NCBI GenBank assembly: GCA_951406725.2
Contig: OX597836.1
Location: 13,454,001-13,518,000, forward strand
DNA: 64,000 nucleotides
Direction of reading: 5' to 3'
DNA from: Octopus vulgaris
Lineage: Eukaryota
Position 1 is the stretch's first letter. Each line of letters starts with the position of its first letter. Of this stretch, positions 12,818 to 28,863 are shown piece after piece. Position numbers and translations under genes: made by a program. The notes below the pieces were generated by a model, which saw only the letters and a list, made by a program, of their open reading frames with translations, ran no database searches and had not been told where the DNA came from.

Positions 12818-13139
12818 GTATGGATAGATGGATGGATATTCTTATGTTTTATCCTTTTACTTGCTTCAGTCATTTGACTGCGGCCATGCTGGAACACTGC
12901 CTTCAAGGGTTTTTTTTAGTCGAAGAAATCGACCCCAAGACTTTGTAACCCTAATACTTGTACTATTAGTCTCTTTTGCCGAACTGGTAATTCACAGGGA
13001 TGCAAACACACCAACATCGGTCGGCAAGCGATGGTGGGAGGCAAACACAGACACACACACACACACAAACACACACGATGGGCTTTTCAGTTTCTGTGTA
13101 CCAAATCTACCCACAGTGCTTTGATCAGTCTACACACAC

Positions 13140-13180
13140 ACATGTATGTATGTATGTATGTATGTATGTATGTATGTATG

Positions 13181-13211
<31 letters not shown>

Positions 13212-13217
13212 TGTATG

Positions 13218-13248
<31 letters not shown>

Positions 13249-13750
13249 TGTATGTATGTATGTATATGTGTGTGTATGTATGTATGTATGTATGTATGTA
13301 TGTATGTATGTATGTATGTATATATGTATGCATGTGTGTATGTATGTATGTATGTGTGTATGTATGTATGTATGTATGTGTGTATGTATGTATGTATGTA
13401 TGTATGTGTGTATGTATGTATGTGTGTATGTATGTATGTATGTATGTATGTGTGTGTGTATGTATGTATGTATGTATGTATGTGTGTATGTATGTATGTG
13501 TGTATGTATGTATGTATGTATGTATGTTTGTATATATGTATGTACGTATGTATGTATGTATGTATGTGTGTATGTATGTATGTATGTATGCATGTTTGTA
13601 TGTATGTATGTATGTATATATGTATGTATGTATGTATGTGTGTATGTATGTATGTATATATGTATGTATGTATGTATGTGTGTATGTATATATGTGTGTA
13701 TGTATGTGTGTATGTATGTATGTATGTATGTATATATGCATTTATGTATG
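13140..13750. repeat. (TATG)n compound microsatellite
   Basis: Seen directly. Confidence 0.95.
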
Positions 13751-14515
13751 ACGGACTTCAGTACAGTTTCCCTCAACTTCACGTTCAAAGCATTGATCAG
13801 CAGTATCAAAGCATTGATTACAGTATTTGCAAAAATGACACTTTTTAATCACACGATATAATATGTAAATGATTCGGGTAAAAATGTTTGACATGCCGGG
13901 TACATTTAACAGCCGTGTGTAATTAGCGGCGGTGAAAGGACCGGTTCCAAGATTTCGTCAGTTTTTCTCATCATCCTGTACCCAGTCTGTCACAGCCCGT
14001 CGTCTACCGCCGTGAGTAATTTACATACTGGAAGAAAAATTGCAATCAATGGAAATAATTAAGCAATTTTCAAAAAAAAATAAAAAAAGAGAGAAATAGA
14101 GAGAGAGAAACAGAGAGAGAGAGAGAAGAAAATTTGGGAAGAAAATCCATTAGACACAGGCATGGCCGTGTAGTTAAGAAGCTTGTTTTGCAACCATGAT
14201 TTCGGGTTCAGTTCAATTGCGCAGCATTCTGACCACGTGTCTACTACTATAATTCAGAGTTGACCAATGCCTTGTGGACGAATATGGTAGAGTGAAGCTG
14301 TGTGGAAGCCTATACATATAATTAATTTTGGAGCATCTTGAAAACGTTGTGTTAACATGTATTTTCGGAAAAATTAATATCAATGATGTTTTCTATGTTT
14401 AAACATGTTAATACTGTAGAAACAATTGTCGGGTTTGTGATGTGAATTTTATAATTAAAGATCTGATTTTCTCTATTCATATTTTTGTTGCCTAATAATA
14501 TATATATATATGTAT

Positions 14516-14573
<58 letters not shown>

Positions 14574-14677
14574 GAGATATATATATACATATATATATAA
14601 GTATAGGAAAGAATGGAGCTGAGCGAAGATTTAACAAAATTCCTTTATTTTATTTTCGACATATGTTTCGAAGTCTG

Positions 14678-14781
<104 letters not shown>

Positions 14782-14867
14782 TATATAGCAACATTATCTA
14801 TAAGTAGTTATACAAGACGTATTCTAGTGAAACCACAACACCAAGTGGTTACGAAAATAGCACGGCT

Positions 14868-14936
<69 letters not shown>

Positions 14937-15167
14937 CACCATCACCACCACTACAACCACTGCTGCTACTGCTGTCATGGAGATAACCGAATTGAATGTT
15001 GTTTGACAGGTTGAAACGTTGCGTTGCTTGATCATATTTTGTAAATTGTGGCACAGTTTGTGCCCAGCCAACACCACCACCATTCCTTCTTCGCCTCCCT
15101 CCCTCCCTCCCTCTCTCTTTCTCTCTTTCTCTCTTTCTCACACGCTATATTATCTGTATATATATAC

Positions 15168-15223
<56 letters not shown>

Positions 15224-15479
15224 GTGTGTATATATATATACATATGTGTGTGTGTATAGATATTACTCCATTTTTAATTATGCCAGACACTTCTGCTTTC
15301 CTTCCCATAATCCTTTTCAACCTTTTCCTCCTATCCTACTTTTCGTTTACTTATCATTTCACCTCCTACTCTCACTCCAAATTTATATATATATATATAT
15401 AATATTATATAATATTATATAAGTATCTATCATATCGGGTAGGGGAGGGGCAGCCTGTTTGTTTCTCTCTATCTCTTTC

Positions 15480-15515
<36 letters not shown>

Positions 15516-15724
15516 CTCTTTTACTCTTTTACTTGTTTCAGTCATTTGACTGCGGCCATGCTAGAGCACCGCCTTTAGTCGAGCAAATCGACCCCGGGAC
15601 TTATTCTTTGTAAGCCCAGTACTTATTCTATCGGTCTTTTTTGCCAAACCGCTAAGTGACGGGGACATAAACACACCAGCATCGGTTGTCAAGCAATGCT
15701 AGGGGAGCAAACACAGACACACAA

Positions 15725-15812
<88 letters not shown>

Positions 15813-15978
15813 TACGACAGGCTCCTTTCAGTTTCCGTCTACCAAATCTACTCACAAGGCATTGGTCGGCCCGGGGCTATAGCAGAAGACACTTGCCCAA
15901 GATGCCACGCAGTGGGACTGAACCCGGAACCATGTGGTTGGTTAGCAAGCTACTTACCACACAGATATTCCTGCGCCT
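15516..15978 (-). mobile_element. SINE family C (tRNA head, internal microsatellite, AAAAGAGT tail)
   Basis: Full-length minus copy. More than 15 full or partial copies occur in the window. Confidence 0.85.
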
Positions 15979-16189
15979 ATATATATATATATATATATAT
16001 ATAATGGATAATAACTCGATTGTTTTACACCTGGTAGCTTACTGATAAAGCACGGTCACTTTCAGAGTGACCGTTAGGTAAATAGATATCTCCCTGGGGT
16101 TATAAACTACAGTAGCATCGTTCCAATATACTTCGCGATGTCGTGCTGCTACTGTTTATATTTTGCTCGGAGATTTATTACATCCATAA

Positions 16190-17310
16190 CACCAGGTTCA
16201 AACAATACATATCTCGAATCACATCTCAAACACGCACCAACCATTACAATCGCAACCAACCCCACACATTCGTCGATAGAACCCGGGAAGGTCTTACACA
16301 TGGGCAACATAGACCCCCCCACACACATTCACTTAACATTAGGCCAAAAGCAAAAACAACTAAAACAGCTAACAACAACAGGCCTCGCCACCCACATACC
16401 TTCCCCCAAACTATAGATAGCACTCTTTTATCTAGTAATTTAGATAGCACTACTCCCAGACCCCTAAAAAACGTGGTGGACGCTCTATTCTGTGGTACAC
16501 ACTCCCATTCTCACTTAACGTTAAGAACATAGCTAAATCCTTCTTTAAAATACTAGACTCTAACTTCCCTCGACAACATAAATATCATTCTATCTTTAAT
16601 CGATCCACCCTGAAACTATCTTATTCAACCTCACCCAACTTCGAATCTATTGTAGAAGCCTCTAATAAGAAAAAACTCTCTCTTTACTATCAAAACTCAC
16701 ATAACTACAACTCTAGTCATACGAACACTCAACACACACATAGCTCCAGCACAGATAGCCTTACACTAGACCACAACCACAACCCAACCCATCCTACTGA
16801 CACTGCTCGGAACACCACTACAATCTCTACTACCCTTACAAATAGTACAATTAATAACAACAATAGTAGTAATAGCAATGATGGTAATGATAACGTTAAT
16901 AATACTAATAATATAGAATCTTCCACCCCCTTTATCTAACCTCACCTCTGACGATACTACATCCTCCATTACTGAACACAATTCCCAAAATTCACCAAAT
17001 TGTAATTGCCGTCCTGGAACCATCTGCCCGTTACAAAACCATTGTAGACGATATAATGTAATTTACAAATGCACTGTCCTTAATCTATTACACAACTCTA
17101 CGGCCATAACATAGGATCAACCAAATATTTAAGCAACGATATTCCACTCACCTCCATTCTTTTAGACACGATAACCACAGTAAATCTACAACACTCGCCA
17201 ACCACATACATCATCTCAAAAATACAAATATACCCTAAATTCTATCATGGTCCATACTGGACTCAGGACTTCCCTACCGAGGTCAACGCTCAACCTGCAA
17301 ACTTTACCTG
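16190..17310 (+). mobile_element. Degenerate Penelope-like element of a second lineage (RT thumb to GIY-YIG)
   Basis: Manual translation gives ILWYTLPFSLNVKNIAKSFFKILDSNFPRQHKYHSIFNRSTLKLSYS, then CNCRPGTICPLQNHC..NVIYKCTV..IGST..KQRYSTH. Frameshifts and stops are present. Confidence 0.75.
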
Positions 17311-17326
17311 AAGGTATATGTATATG

Positions 17327-17375
<49 letters not shown>

Positions 17376-17478
17376 TCTTTACTCTTTCACTTGTTTCAGT
17401 CATTTGACCGCTAAGTAACGGGGACATAAACACACCAGCATCGGTTGTCAAGCAGTGCTAGGGGGACAAACACACACA

Positions 17479-17555
<77 letters not shown>

Positions 17556-17574
17556 ACATACATACATACATACA

Positions 17575-17634
<60 letters not shown>

Positions 17635-18167
17635 CATATACATATACACATATAACACACATGGCAACACATAGTACCACTATTTTCTTTCTTCCTGTCT
17701 CACAGTTCACAATTTATGCCACTTCTCCGTTTCACCTGTCTTTCTCCCTCCCTAAACTTCTCTCCCATTCCTTCATTCCTTCATTCCTTCCGGTAACTTT
17801 TTAGCTTCCATATTCCAACCGCTGTCATCTCAGTTCTTAAAGCAATTTCTCACTCGACATGTTCTCCAAATATTTGTCAGTTACTAACAAACTGACAAGA
17901 AGACAAGTCTTTCGTAACAAGAATCAAGTCACTTAACGGGGACTCATGTATTTACGTAAAGAAGAGAGCAGTATGCGCGTGTGTGTGTGTGTGTGTGCGT
18001 GTGTTAAATCACAGACTGATATTCACGTTATTATTCTTAACTCTTTATATGCGGTCGTTTCCACACAACAAGGGAAATTCTGAAGTTCCAGCTTAAATTC
18101 TAATCCCCTTATCAGGTGCGTATATATATGTATATATATATATACATACATATATATATATATATAT

Positions 18168-19646
<1,479 letters not shown>

Positions 19647-19675
19647 ATATATATACAATATATATATATATATAC

Positions 19676-19735
<60 letters not shown>

Positions 19736-19747
19736 ATATATATATAT

Positions 19748-20147
19748 GAGTGGCTCTGTGGTAAGTAACTTGTTTACCAACAACATGGTTCCGGGTTCAG
19801 TCCCACTGCGTGGCACCTTGGGCAAGCGTCTTCTACTATAGCCTCGGCCCGACCAAAGCCTTGTGAGTGGATCTGGTAGACGGAAACTGAAAGAAGCCCG
19901 TCGTATATGTGTATATATATATATGTGTGTGCGTGCGTGTATGTTTGTGTGTCTGTGTTTGTCCCCCCTAGCATTGCTTGACAACCGATGCTGGTGTGAT
20001 TATGTCCCCGTCACTTAGCGGTTTGGCAAAAGAATCGATAGAATAAGTACTGGGCTTACAAAGAATAAGTCCCGGGGTCGAGTTGCTCGATTAAAGGCGG
20101 TGCTGCAGCATGGCCGCAGTCAAATGACTGAAACAAGTAAAAAGAGA
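19748..20147 (+). mobile_element. SINE family C
   Basis: Full-length plus copy. Confidence 0.85.
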
Positions 20148-20409
20148 TATCGTATATATATATATATGAGTGTGTGTGTGTATGTATCTGTGTGTGTGTG
20201 TTTGTGTGTGTATGTGTGTGTGTACATGCATATATACACACACGTATATAGGCGCACGCGTGGCTGTGTGGCATTTTGGGAATCTGTCTTCTACTTATAG
20301 CCCCAGGTCGACCAAAGCCTTATAGCAGCAACAATAATATCAACAACGACGACGACGACGACAACGACGAGGCCGACGAAAACAACAGCAACAACAAAAA
20401 CAACCTAAA

Positions 20410-20801
20410 GTGTGGAGGCGCAATGGCCCAGTGGTTAGGGCACCGGACTCGCGGTCGTAGGATCGCGGTTTCGATTCCCAGACTGGGCGTTGTGAGTGTT
20501 TATTGAGCGAAAACACCTAAAGCTCCACGAGGCTCCGGCAGGGGGTGGTGGTGGTGATCCCTGCTGTACTCTTTCACCACAACTTTCTCTCACTCTTACT
20601 TCCTGTTTCTGTTGTACCTGTATTTCAAAGGGGCCGGCCTTGTCACTCTCTGTGTCACGCTGAATATCCCCGAGAACTACGTTAAAGGTATACACGTGTC
20701 TGTGGAGTGCTCAGCCACTTACACGTTAATTTAACGAGCAGGCTGTTCCGTTGATTCGGATCAACCGGAACCCTCGTCGTCGTAACCGACGGAGTGCTTC
20801 C
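20410..20801 (+). mobile_element. SINE family A (tail type 2)
   Basis: Same head as 25285 but a different 3' half. Near-identical to 46404-46787. Confidence 0.85.
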
Positions 20802-21239
20802 CTTCCCTCACTAAAGTTCACCCATGTGTAAACAATCGATTCACCCTTCTGCCCCGACCCACCACCACCGCCTTTCAGTTCTCCTGCTGTCGTCATCGAT
20901 CGGCAGGCGATCAGACTACGTACAGACGTTATCAACCTGGCTTATCTGTGGAACGCCTGCAAAGGTTAAGGGCATTAGCCTGCTTTTTTCTAAGAAGAGG
21001 AAAAAGAAAATGGAGCAGTCCCGCTGCGTGACACCTTAGGCGAGTGTCTTCCGCTTATAGCCCCAGGCCGACCAAAGCCCTGTGAGTGGGTTTTGGTAGA
21101 CGGATATTGAAAGAAGCTCATAGTGTACGCATAGCTGTGTGGTAAGAAGCTTCATCCCCAACCACATGGTTCTGGCACAATCAGACATCCAGACAGGCAC
21201 ACACACACACACACAAATATATTCATCTATCTATCTATC

Positions 21240-21368
<129 letters not shown>

Positions 21369-21769
21369 CGGGAAGCTTCATGAAAATAAACAAAAGACGA
21401 AGGCAGGTGGAAAACAAACGAACAATTGTATTAGTATGGCGCTCAGGAAATATAAATAAAACAAGTCTTTAACGTTTCGAGCCTACGCTCTTCAACAGAA
21501 AGATACACAGAGAGAGAAAAACACAGAAAGAAGGAGAGAAAAAAAAAAAAAAATAGTTAATCCAAACATGAAAGCACAAAAAAACACAACAACGTGAGGA
21601 CGTGGAACAAATATAGTATTATTGGACGCTCAGGAAAGAAGGGAAGAAGGAGGGTTTAATGTTTCGAGCGGAGCTCTTCGTCGGAAACGTAGGAGAAGGA
21701 AAGATCCAGAGAAGAGAAGACAGAGGAAAAACAATCGCCAACGGTACACACGCGGTCACATTTTTATGA

Positions 21770-21828
<59 letters not shown>

Positions 21829-21830
<2 letters not shown>

Positions 21831-22198
21831 AAAAAAGCAACAAGAATGGATCAATATATCGGTACAATTGTTTCGTACGAGGACATCTTTAATAAAGCTA
21901 CAAAAATTGCAGTAAATATAGGTAGCTCGTACTCATCAGCCGAAAAAACATCAAAGGGGGTAATGTTACACTCGAGTACGAGCCACCTATATTTACTGCA
22001 ATTTTTGTAGCTTTATTAAAGATGTCCTCGTACGAAACAATTGTACCGATATATTGATCCATTCTTGTTGCTTTTTTCCTATTTGTAATCAACCCACTTT
22101 GTCGTATGGTTAACACCATATAGATTTCCGGTGCATCCTAGCTAAGTACCATATTCATGTGAATTCATTAGAACTCACTTGAATCTCAATTGCTTAAA

Positions 22199-22200
<2 letters not shown>
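21829..22200. mobile_element. Fold-back short element
   Basis: Arms at about 21827-21934 and 21974-22081 (1 mismatch seen). The 3' extension to 22200 matches 18575-18690. Confidence 0.88.
21859..21943 (-). ncRNA. Canonical type I hammerhead ribozyme motif
   Basis: Reverse complement: tcgg-CTGATGA-gtacgag...ctcgtac-GAAA-C-AATT-GTA-ccga. Stems I and II are perfect. Confidence 0.85.
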
Positions 22201-22244
<44 letters not shown>

Positions 22245-22249
22245 GTATA

Positions 22250-22312
<63 letters not shown>

Positions 22313-22550
22313 AAGGAGACCGTCCAGAAGAGTTGCAGAAGATTCCGAAGTCGTTGAAGCCAATGGCGATTTTATTGAATGAATTTACTCTATAGAATTT
22401 CAAGAAATTTTTATGTAATTTTGGTAAATATAAGTTAAAATGAGATGTCAGTGTTATTTTCACACGCACACACGCAGACAAACAGACAGGCACGCACACG
22501 CTCAAATATATTCATACATACGTACATACATACATACATACATACATACA

Positions 22551-22586
<36 letters not shown>

Positions 22587-22621
22587 TATATATACATGCA
22601 CATAAATACATACATACATAC

Positions 22622-22699
<78 letters not shown>

Positions 22700-22711
<12 letters not shown>

Positions 22712-23066
22712 ACGGCAGTTTGTCTGTGCGTTTTCTGTGTGTCTGTTTTCTCGTACCCTCACTCTGACCACGGCTTTCAACCGATTCTGATGAAACTTGA
22801 CACACATAGCCAATGTCATAATTCAAAACTAACGCAGCGAAAATTTTGAAAAGTTCCCCAGTTCTGAAAAAATCGATAAATTCGACATGGGGTCGAGAAT
22901 CAGAAACCAAACCACAGACCGTCAGGGACGCAACTCCACCTTTTTAACTCTCAAAAAAATTTACCATCATTTTTTTTCATTTTTTTCTATTTTTTGGCTA
23001 TAACTCTCTGAAAATGCTTTATAGTTATTTCCTTACAAACCTTAGCAACGCCGGGCATACTGCTAG
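22700..23066 (+). mobile_element. Non-autonomous Helitron
   Basis: 3' end agcaacgccgggcatactgCTAG|t, shared with the copy at 48103. The 5' end merges into (TA)n. Confidence 0.7.
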
Positions 23067-23413
23067 TATATATATACATGCATTCATATGTACGATCTCT
23101 CCGTAGTGCTTCTCACGAGCAAAATAAAATATGTATTCAACATAACTTGAATTATGGTCTCCCCCACCGCACATATATTTTTTACAGATATAGGTTATGT
23201 GTGTGTGTGTGTGTGTATGCGTGTGTGTATGTACATATACACACATATATATACATATACGCACGCAAACTCTCACACATTAACACACTTTCGCACGTAT
23301 ACAAGTTCACGATCCTTAATTTTTCCATATTTCTTTCTCTTTTCTTATTTAATACTTTGATTCAGCAAACTCTTATTCATGATCGTTTGATTACAAACAA
23401 TCGTAAAATATAT

Positions 23414-23558
23414 AGCTTGCTTACCAGCCACATGGTTCCGGATTCAGTCCCACTGCGTGGCACCTTGGGCAAGTGTCTTCTACTATAGCTTCAGGCCGAC
23501 CAAAGCCTTGTGAGTGGATTTGGTAGACGGAAACTGAACGAAGCCCGTCGTATATATG

Positions 23559-23600
<42 letters not shown>

Positions 23601-23812
23601 TATATATTTGCGTGTCTGTGTTTGTCCCCCTAGCATTGCTTGACAACTGATGTTGGTGTGTTTACGTCCCCGTAACTTAGTGGTTCGGCAAAAAGAGTCC
23701 GATAGAATAAGTACTAGGCTTACAAAGAATAATAAGTCCTGGGGCCGATTTGCTCGACTAAAGGCGGTACTCCAGCATGGTCGCAGTCAAATGACTGAAA
23801 CAAGTAAAAGAG
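23414..23812 (+). mobile_element. SINE family C
   Basis: Near full-length copy. Confidence 0.85.
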
Positions 23813-24054
23813 TAGGTGGAACTGTTGTGGTTGTGACGATCGGGATCCAAGGTCTGCTAAATGGGGACAGGCATAAAGGCTTCGTATCTCTCCTAACTCA
23901 AAACGATGAACCCTCCTCTCCACCCCTATGCCCACCATATCAAGGTCACCTGTCATCTGCTATACGTAAATGAGATTAACAATTTGCACGATTAATTTGT
24001 TCACATTTTCCCATGCCATAATGCCAAGTAATTTAATAAAATATATTTTTATAT

Positions 24055-24283
24055 GTGGCGAGCTGGCAGAAACGTTAGCGCGCTGGGCGAAATGCTTCGC
24101 GGTATTTCGTTTGTCGTTACGTTCTGAGTTCAAATTCCGCCGAGGTCGACTTTGCCTTTCATCCTTTCGGGGTCGATAAATAAAGTACCAGTTACGCACT
24201 GGGGTCGATATAATCGACTTAATCCGTTTGTCTGTCCTTGTTTGTCCCTTCTATGTTTAGCCCCTTGTGGGTAGTAAAGAAAT
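24055..24283 (+). mobile_element. SINE family B monomer
   Basis: Matches the 1470 unit. Confidence 0.85.
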
Positions 24284-24384
24284 GTATATTTTTATATGTG
24301 GAGGCGCAATGGCCCAGTGGTTAGGGCAGCGGACTCGCTGTCGAAGGATCGCGGTTCCGATTCCCAGACCGGGCGTTGTGTGTG

Positions 24385-24445
<61 letters not shown>

Positions 24446-25035
24446 CATGTATACACACAGAAATATATCTATACTTGCAAGCTTATATATATATATCAGA
24501 CAGACATATTTATTTTTATATATGTGTGAGTGTCTGTATATATATATGGACGTGTCTTTGTGTGTGTGTGAGGGGAGAGAAAAAAGTGAGTGAGTGAGTG
24601 AGTGAGTGAGTGAGTGTGTGAGTGGGTGAGTGGGTGAGTGAGTGAGTGAGTGAGTGAGTGTGTGAATGAGTGAGTGGGTGAGTGAGTGAGTGAGTAGGCA
24701 ACAAAGAGCAGGGAATTTCGATAACACAAATATTTTGGTACGCTGTACTGTAATTATAATACTGTAAGACTGTTAGAATCATAAGGAATGCACATAAAAC
24801 CATAAAGAACAGCGAATGACCTGAACAGAAGTTAGGAATTAAATAAAATTTAGAAACTTGACAGCGCTATCTCAGGTAAACAGATCAGGGGAAGAGGAAA
24901 AAAAGCATTATCAGACAGAACAAACATGCTGGGTAAGCTGACGTTAAACAAATCTATTTGTTGTTGGGGGATCGGTAAGATTGGTTAGCAACGAGGTCAT
25001 TAGCTGTGAAGGCTGGCGCTGGGAAACGTATGATA

Positions 25036-25073
<38 letters not shown>

Positions 25074-25134
25074 ATCGAAACCGCGATCCAGCGACCGCGA
25101 GTCCGCTGCCCTAACCACTAGGCCATTGCGTCTC

Positions 25135-25581
<447 letters not shown>

Positions 25582-25649
25582 AATAAAATATATATATATA
25601 TATAAACAGGCCATGGGATAGGTGTTACTAACAAACGCACATATTTACA

Positions 25650-25968
25650 TACTCTTTTACTCTTTTATTTGTTTCAGTCATTTGACTGTAGCCATGCTGG
25701 AGCACTGCCTTTAGTCGAGCGAATCGACCCCAGGACTTATTCTTTGCGAGCCTTGTACATATTCTTATCGGTCTCTTTTGCCGAACCGCTAAGTTACGGT
25801 GACGTAAACACACCAGAATCGGTTATAAAGCGATGTTGGGGTGACAAACACAGACACACAAACATATATACACACACATATATATACATATATACGACGG
25901 GCTTCTTTCAGTTTCCGTCTACCAAAGGCTTTGGTCGACCCGAGGCTATAGCAGAAGACACTTGCCCA
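25650..25968 (-). mobile_element. SINE family C, 5'-truncated
   Basis: Similarity to 15516. Confidence 0.8.
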
Positions 25969-26151
25969 ATACACACACACATACACACACACACACGAGA
26001 CTTCATTACATAATATGCATTGTTATTGCACCTGTCCTGTGTTATCTGAAACAGCTGTACAGATGAAACTCGATTCCACCATGTAATTATATACGCAACA
26101 TTCCCTATAAATACGTTCCTCATGCCGTCTATTGTTCATCCGTCTTCTTTG

Positions 26152-26204
<53 letters not shown>

Positions 26205-26210
<6 letters not shown>

Positions 26211-26340
26211 AAACAAGTCAAAAATAGAAAATGCTAAAATAATTTTATAGTGAACGTTTAAATGCTAAAATTATTTTAGCATTTTCTATTTTTGACTTGT
26301 TTTTTCATATATATCAACTCGTGTGTTCCTTTTCACCCTT

Positions 26341-26341
<1 letters not shown>
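26205..26341 (+). mobile_element. Miniature fold-back of the same pLTR as the PLE at 5989
   Basis: atgaaaaaacaagtcaa..ataattttat and its reverse complement, ending gtgttccttttcaccctt, within (TA)n. Confidence 0.85.
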
Positions 26342-26394
<53 letters not shown>

Positions 26395-26600
26395 GGGGGG
26401 GGTGCGTGTGTGAATGTGTGTGTGTGTTTACATGTGTATACACACACATAACCGTTTGCTTTTTTTGTCTACTGGAGGATATGTTTTATTAAGAGAACAT
26501 TCATTTTTTTACAAGGAAACGATTGACAGAAACTCCGAAGGATCAGCTTGCTCGCTGTCATCAGACTGATTTGCTTTGGTTCTTTCTGGCTTTATGTAAT

Positions 26601-26989
26601 CTGTGTGGTAAGTAGCTTGCTAACCAACCACATGGTTCCGGGTTCAGTCCCACTGCGTTGCATCTTGGGCAAGTGTCTTCTGCTATAGCCCCGGGCCGAC
26701 CAATGCCTTGTGAGTGGATTTGGTAGACGGAAACTGAAAGAAGCCTGTCGTATATATGTATAAGTGTATGTGTATATGTTTGTGTGTCTGTGTTTGTCCC
26801 CCTAGCATTGCTTGACAATCGATGCTGGTGTGTTTACGTCCCCGCCACTTAACGGTTAGGCAAAAGAGACCGATAGAATAAGTACTGGGCTTACAAAGAA
26901 TAAGTCCTTGGGTCGATTTGCTCGACTAAAGGCGGTGCTCCAGCATGGCCGCAGTCAAATGACTGAAACAAGTAAAAGAGTAAAAGAGT
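26601..26989 (+). mobile_element. SINE family C
   Basis: Near full-length copy. Confidence 0.85.
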
Positions 26990-27961
26990 TTGTCCATTCA
27001 ACAGATGAATTAATCTGAATAATAATTAGGTTTAGTGCAGGCAGTCGGTGGAAATGGTTTTGTAGAAAGCGGGAAATAGAGGAGAATTGAACGAGAGTAA
27101 GTGTTTGTACGGTGTTGGTTGTTAATAAATTATGGTGGAGAGAGTTATTCTGGTTTACATGGAAAATTTTGTTAGCATTATGCTGACCAGTCAGGCGTGA
27201 AAGTAAAGAAGTAAACATACGTCTTATTCGTTCCACGATATTCTTTTTGTATATACCGTTGGCTATTGTTGTATATTAGGGTTCACAAAAGAATATTTGC
27301 AGATCATAGAGTTTGATTTGACACACAGCATTAGTCAGACATAAGTTGAATTCAGTGCTGGTGTCGGTAGCATTTTTTTTTTTGCCGAGTAATTTTAGCC
27401 TGGATACTTCTGGATTGTTTACATTGAGAAAGTCTGTTTCTATAAACCTTTATGAGAGTTTTATAACCAGTTATTTATTAGAACAAGCACTGCTTTCTTC
27501 AGAGAAAAAAACCTTTGAAAGGTGGATGACTTAGCCATAATAGAACACCAACGACAACTGGCCTAACCTGTGTAGGCGCATAAAGGCCAGGAAATGAAAT
27601 GTGCTAATGAACAGAGTCGTTAATATTTTTAGTGGCTGTCAGTACCTACCATGCTAGTCATAAGGGAATATCCTTTGTTAGTATTTTACTGTTTCTTCGT
27701 TTTGTGACAATTTGCTTTTACAGGTCACTCGCATTTCTGACTCTACGATGTTTTCCATTTCGTTCGTCATACACCTTTTGTGTTCTTTGAACAGCCTTGG
27801 TTAATCATCTGTTGTTGTTGTTATTATTTAGGTTAACTATTTTTCCCATTGGGGTTGGGTGGAGGCATTACTCACAGGCAAAACATACATGCATATATAT
27901 ATTTATATATATATATTCCCCCCCTCTCTATTGCCTCCACAAACATATATATTAATGTATA

Positions 27962-28008
<47 letters not shown>

Positions 28009-28014
28009 GATACA

Positions 28015-28201
<187 letters not shown>

Positions 28202-28283
28202 TCTTTTATTCTTTTATATGTTTCAGCCTTGAGGCTGCGGTCATGCATATATGTGTATGTATATGCGCATATATGTGAATATA

Positions 28284-28333
<50 letters not shown>

Positions 28334-28409
28334 TGTATATATATATATATGAGATGTTTATATATATATATGTATATATGTGTGTGTATATATAAATGTA
28401 CATAAATAC

Positions 28410-28528
<119 letters not shown>

Positions 28529-28863
28529 TAACAATCAATCTATCTAATCTACCCATCTATCTACACACACACACATACACACACATCTATACACTCACAT
28601 AACAAAACAAATCGATATTGCGATAACTCACACCTGTATAATTAAACCAGTCGTTTAACGGTTCGGCAAAAGATAACAAAACAATCAAAAGATCTATAAA
28701 ATAAGAACTAGACCTAAATAGATACTCGTATCGATCTGTTCAACAAGGAATCTTCAAGACGATGCCCTAGCAAGGCCGCAGTCCTGCGACGGAAACAGGT
28801 AATATATGTATCGTTTTGAAGAGTCCTTGTTGAACAGATCGATACGAGTATCTATTTAGGTCT

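Noticed and set aside
20410-20490. tRNA gene
   Set aside because: A and B boxes run into a SINE body and the head recurs many times. It is a SINE head.
22787-22797. CTGATGAAAC as a hammerhead
   Set aside because: There is no stem II between the core halves, and it lies in a Helitron body.
26955-27534. Short ORFs in unique-looking sequence
   Set aside because: No recognisable domain or consistent splice structure. It is probably old TE debris.
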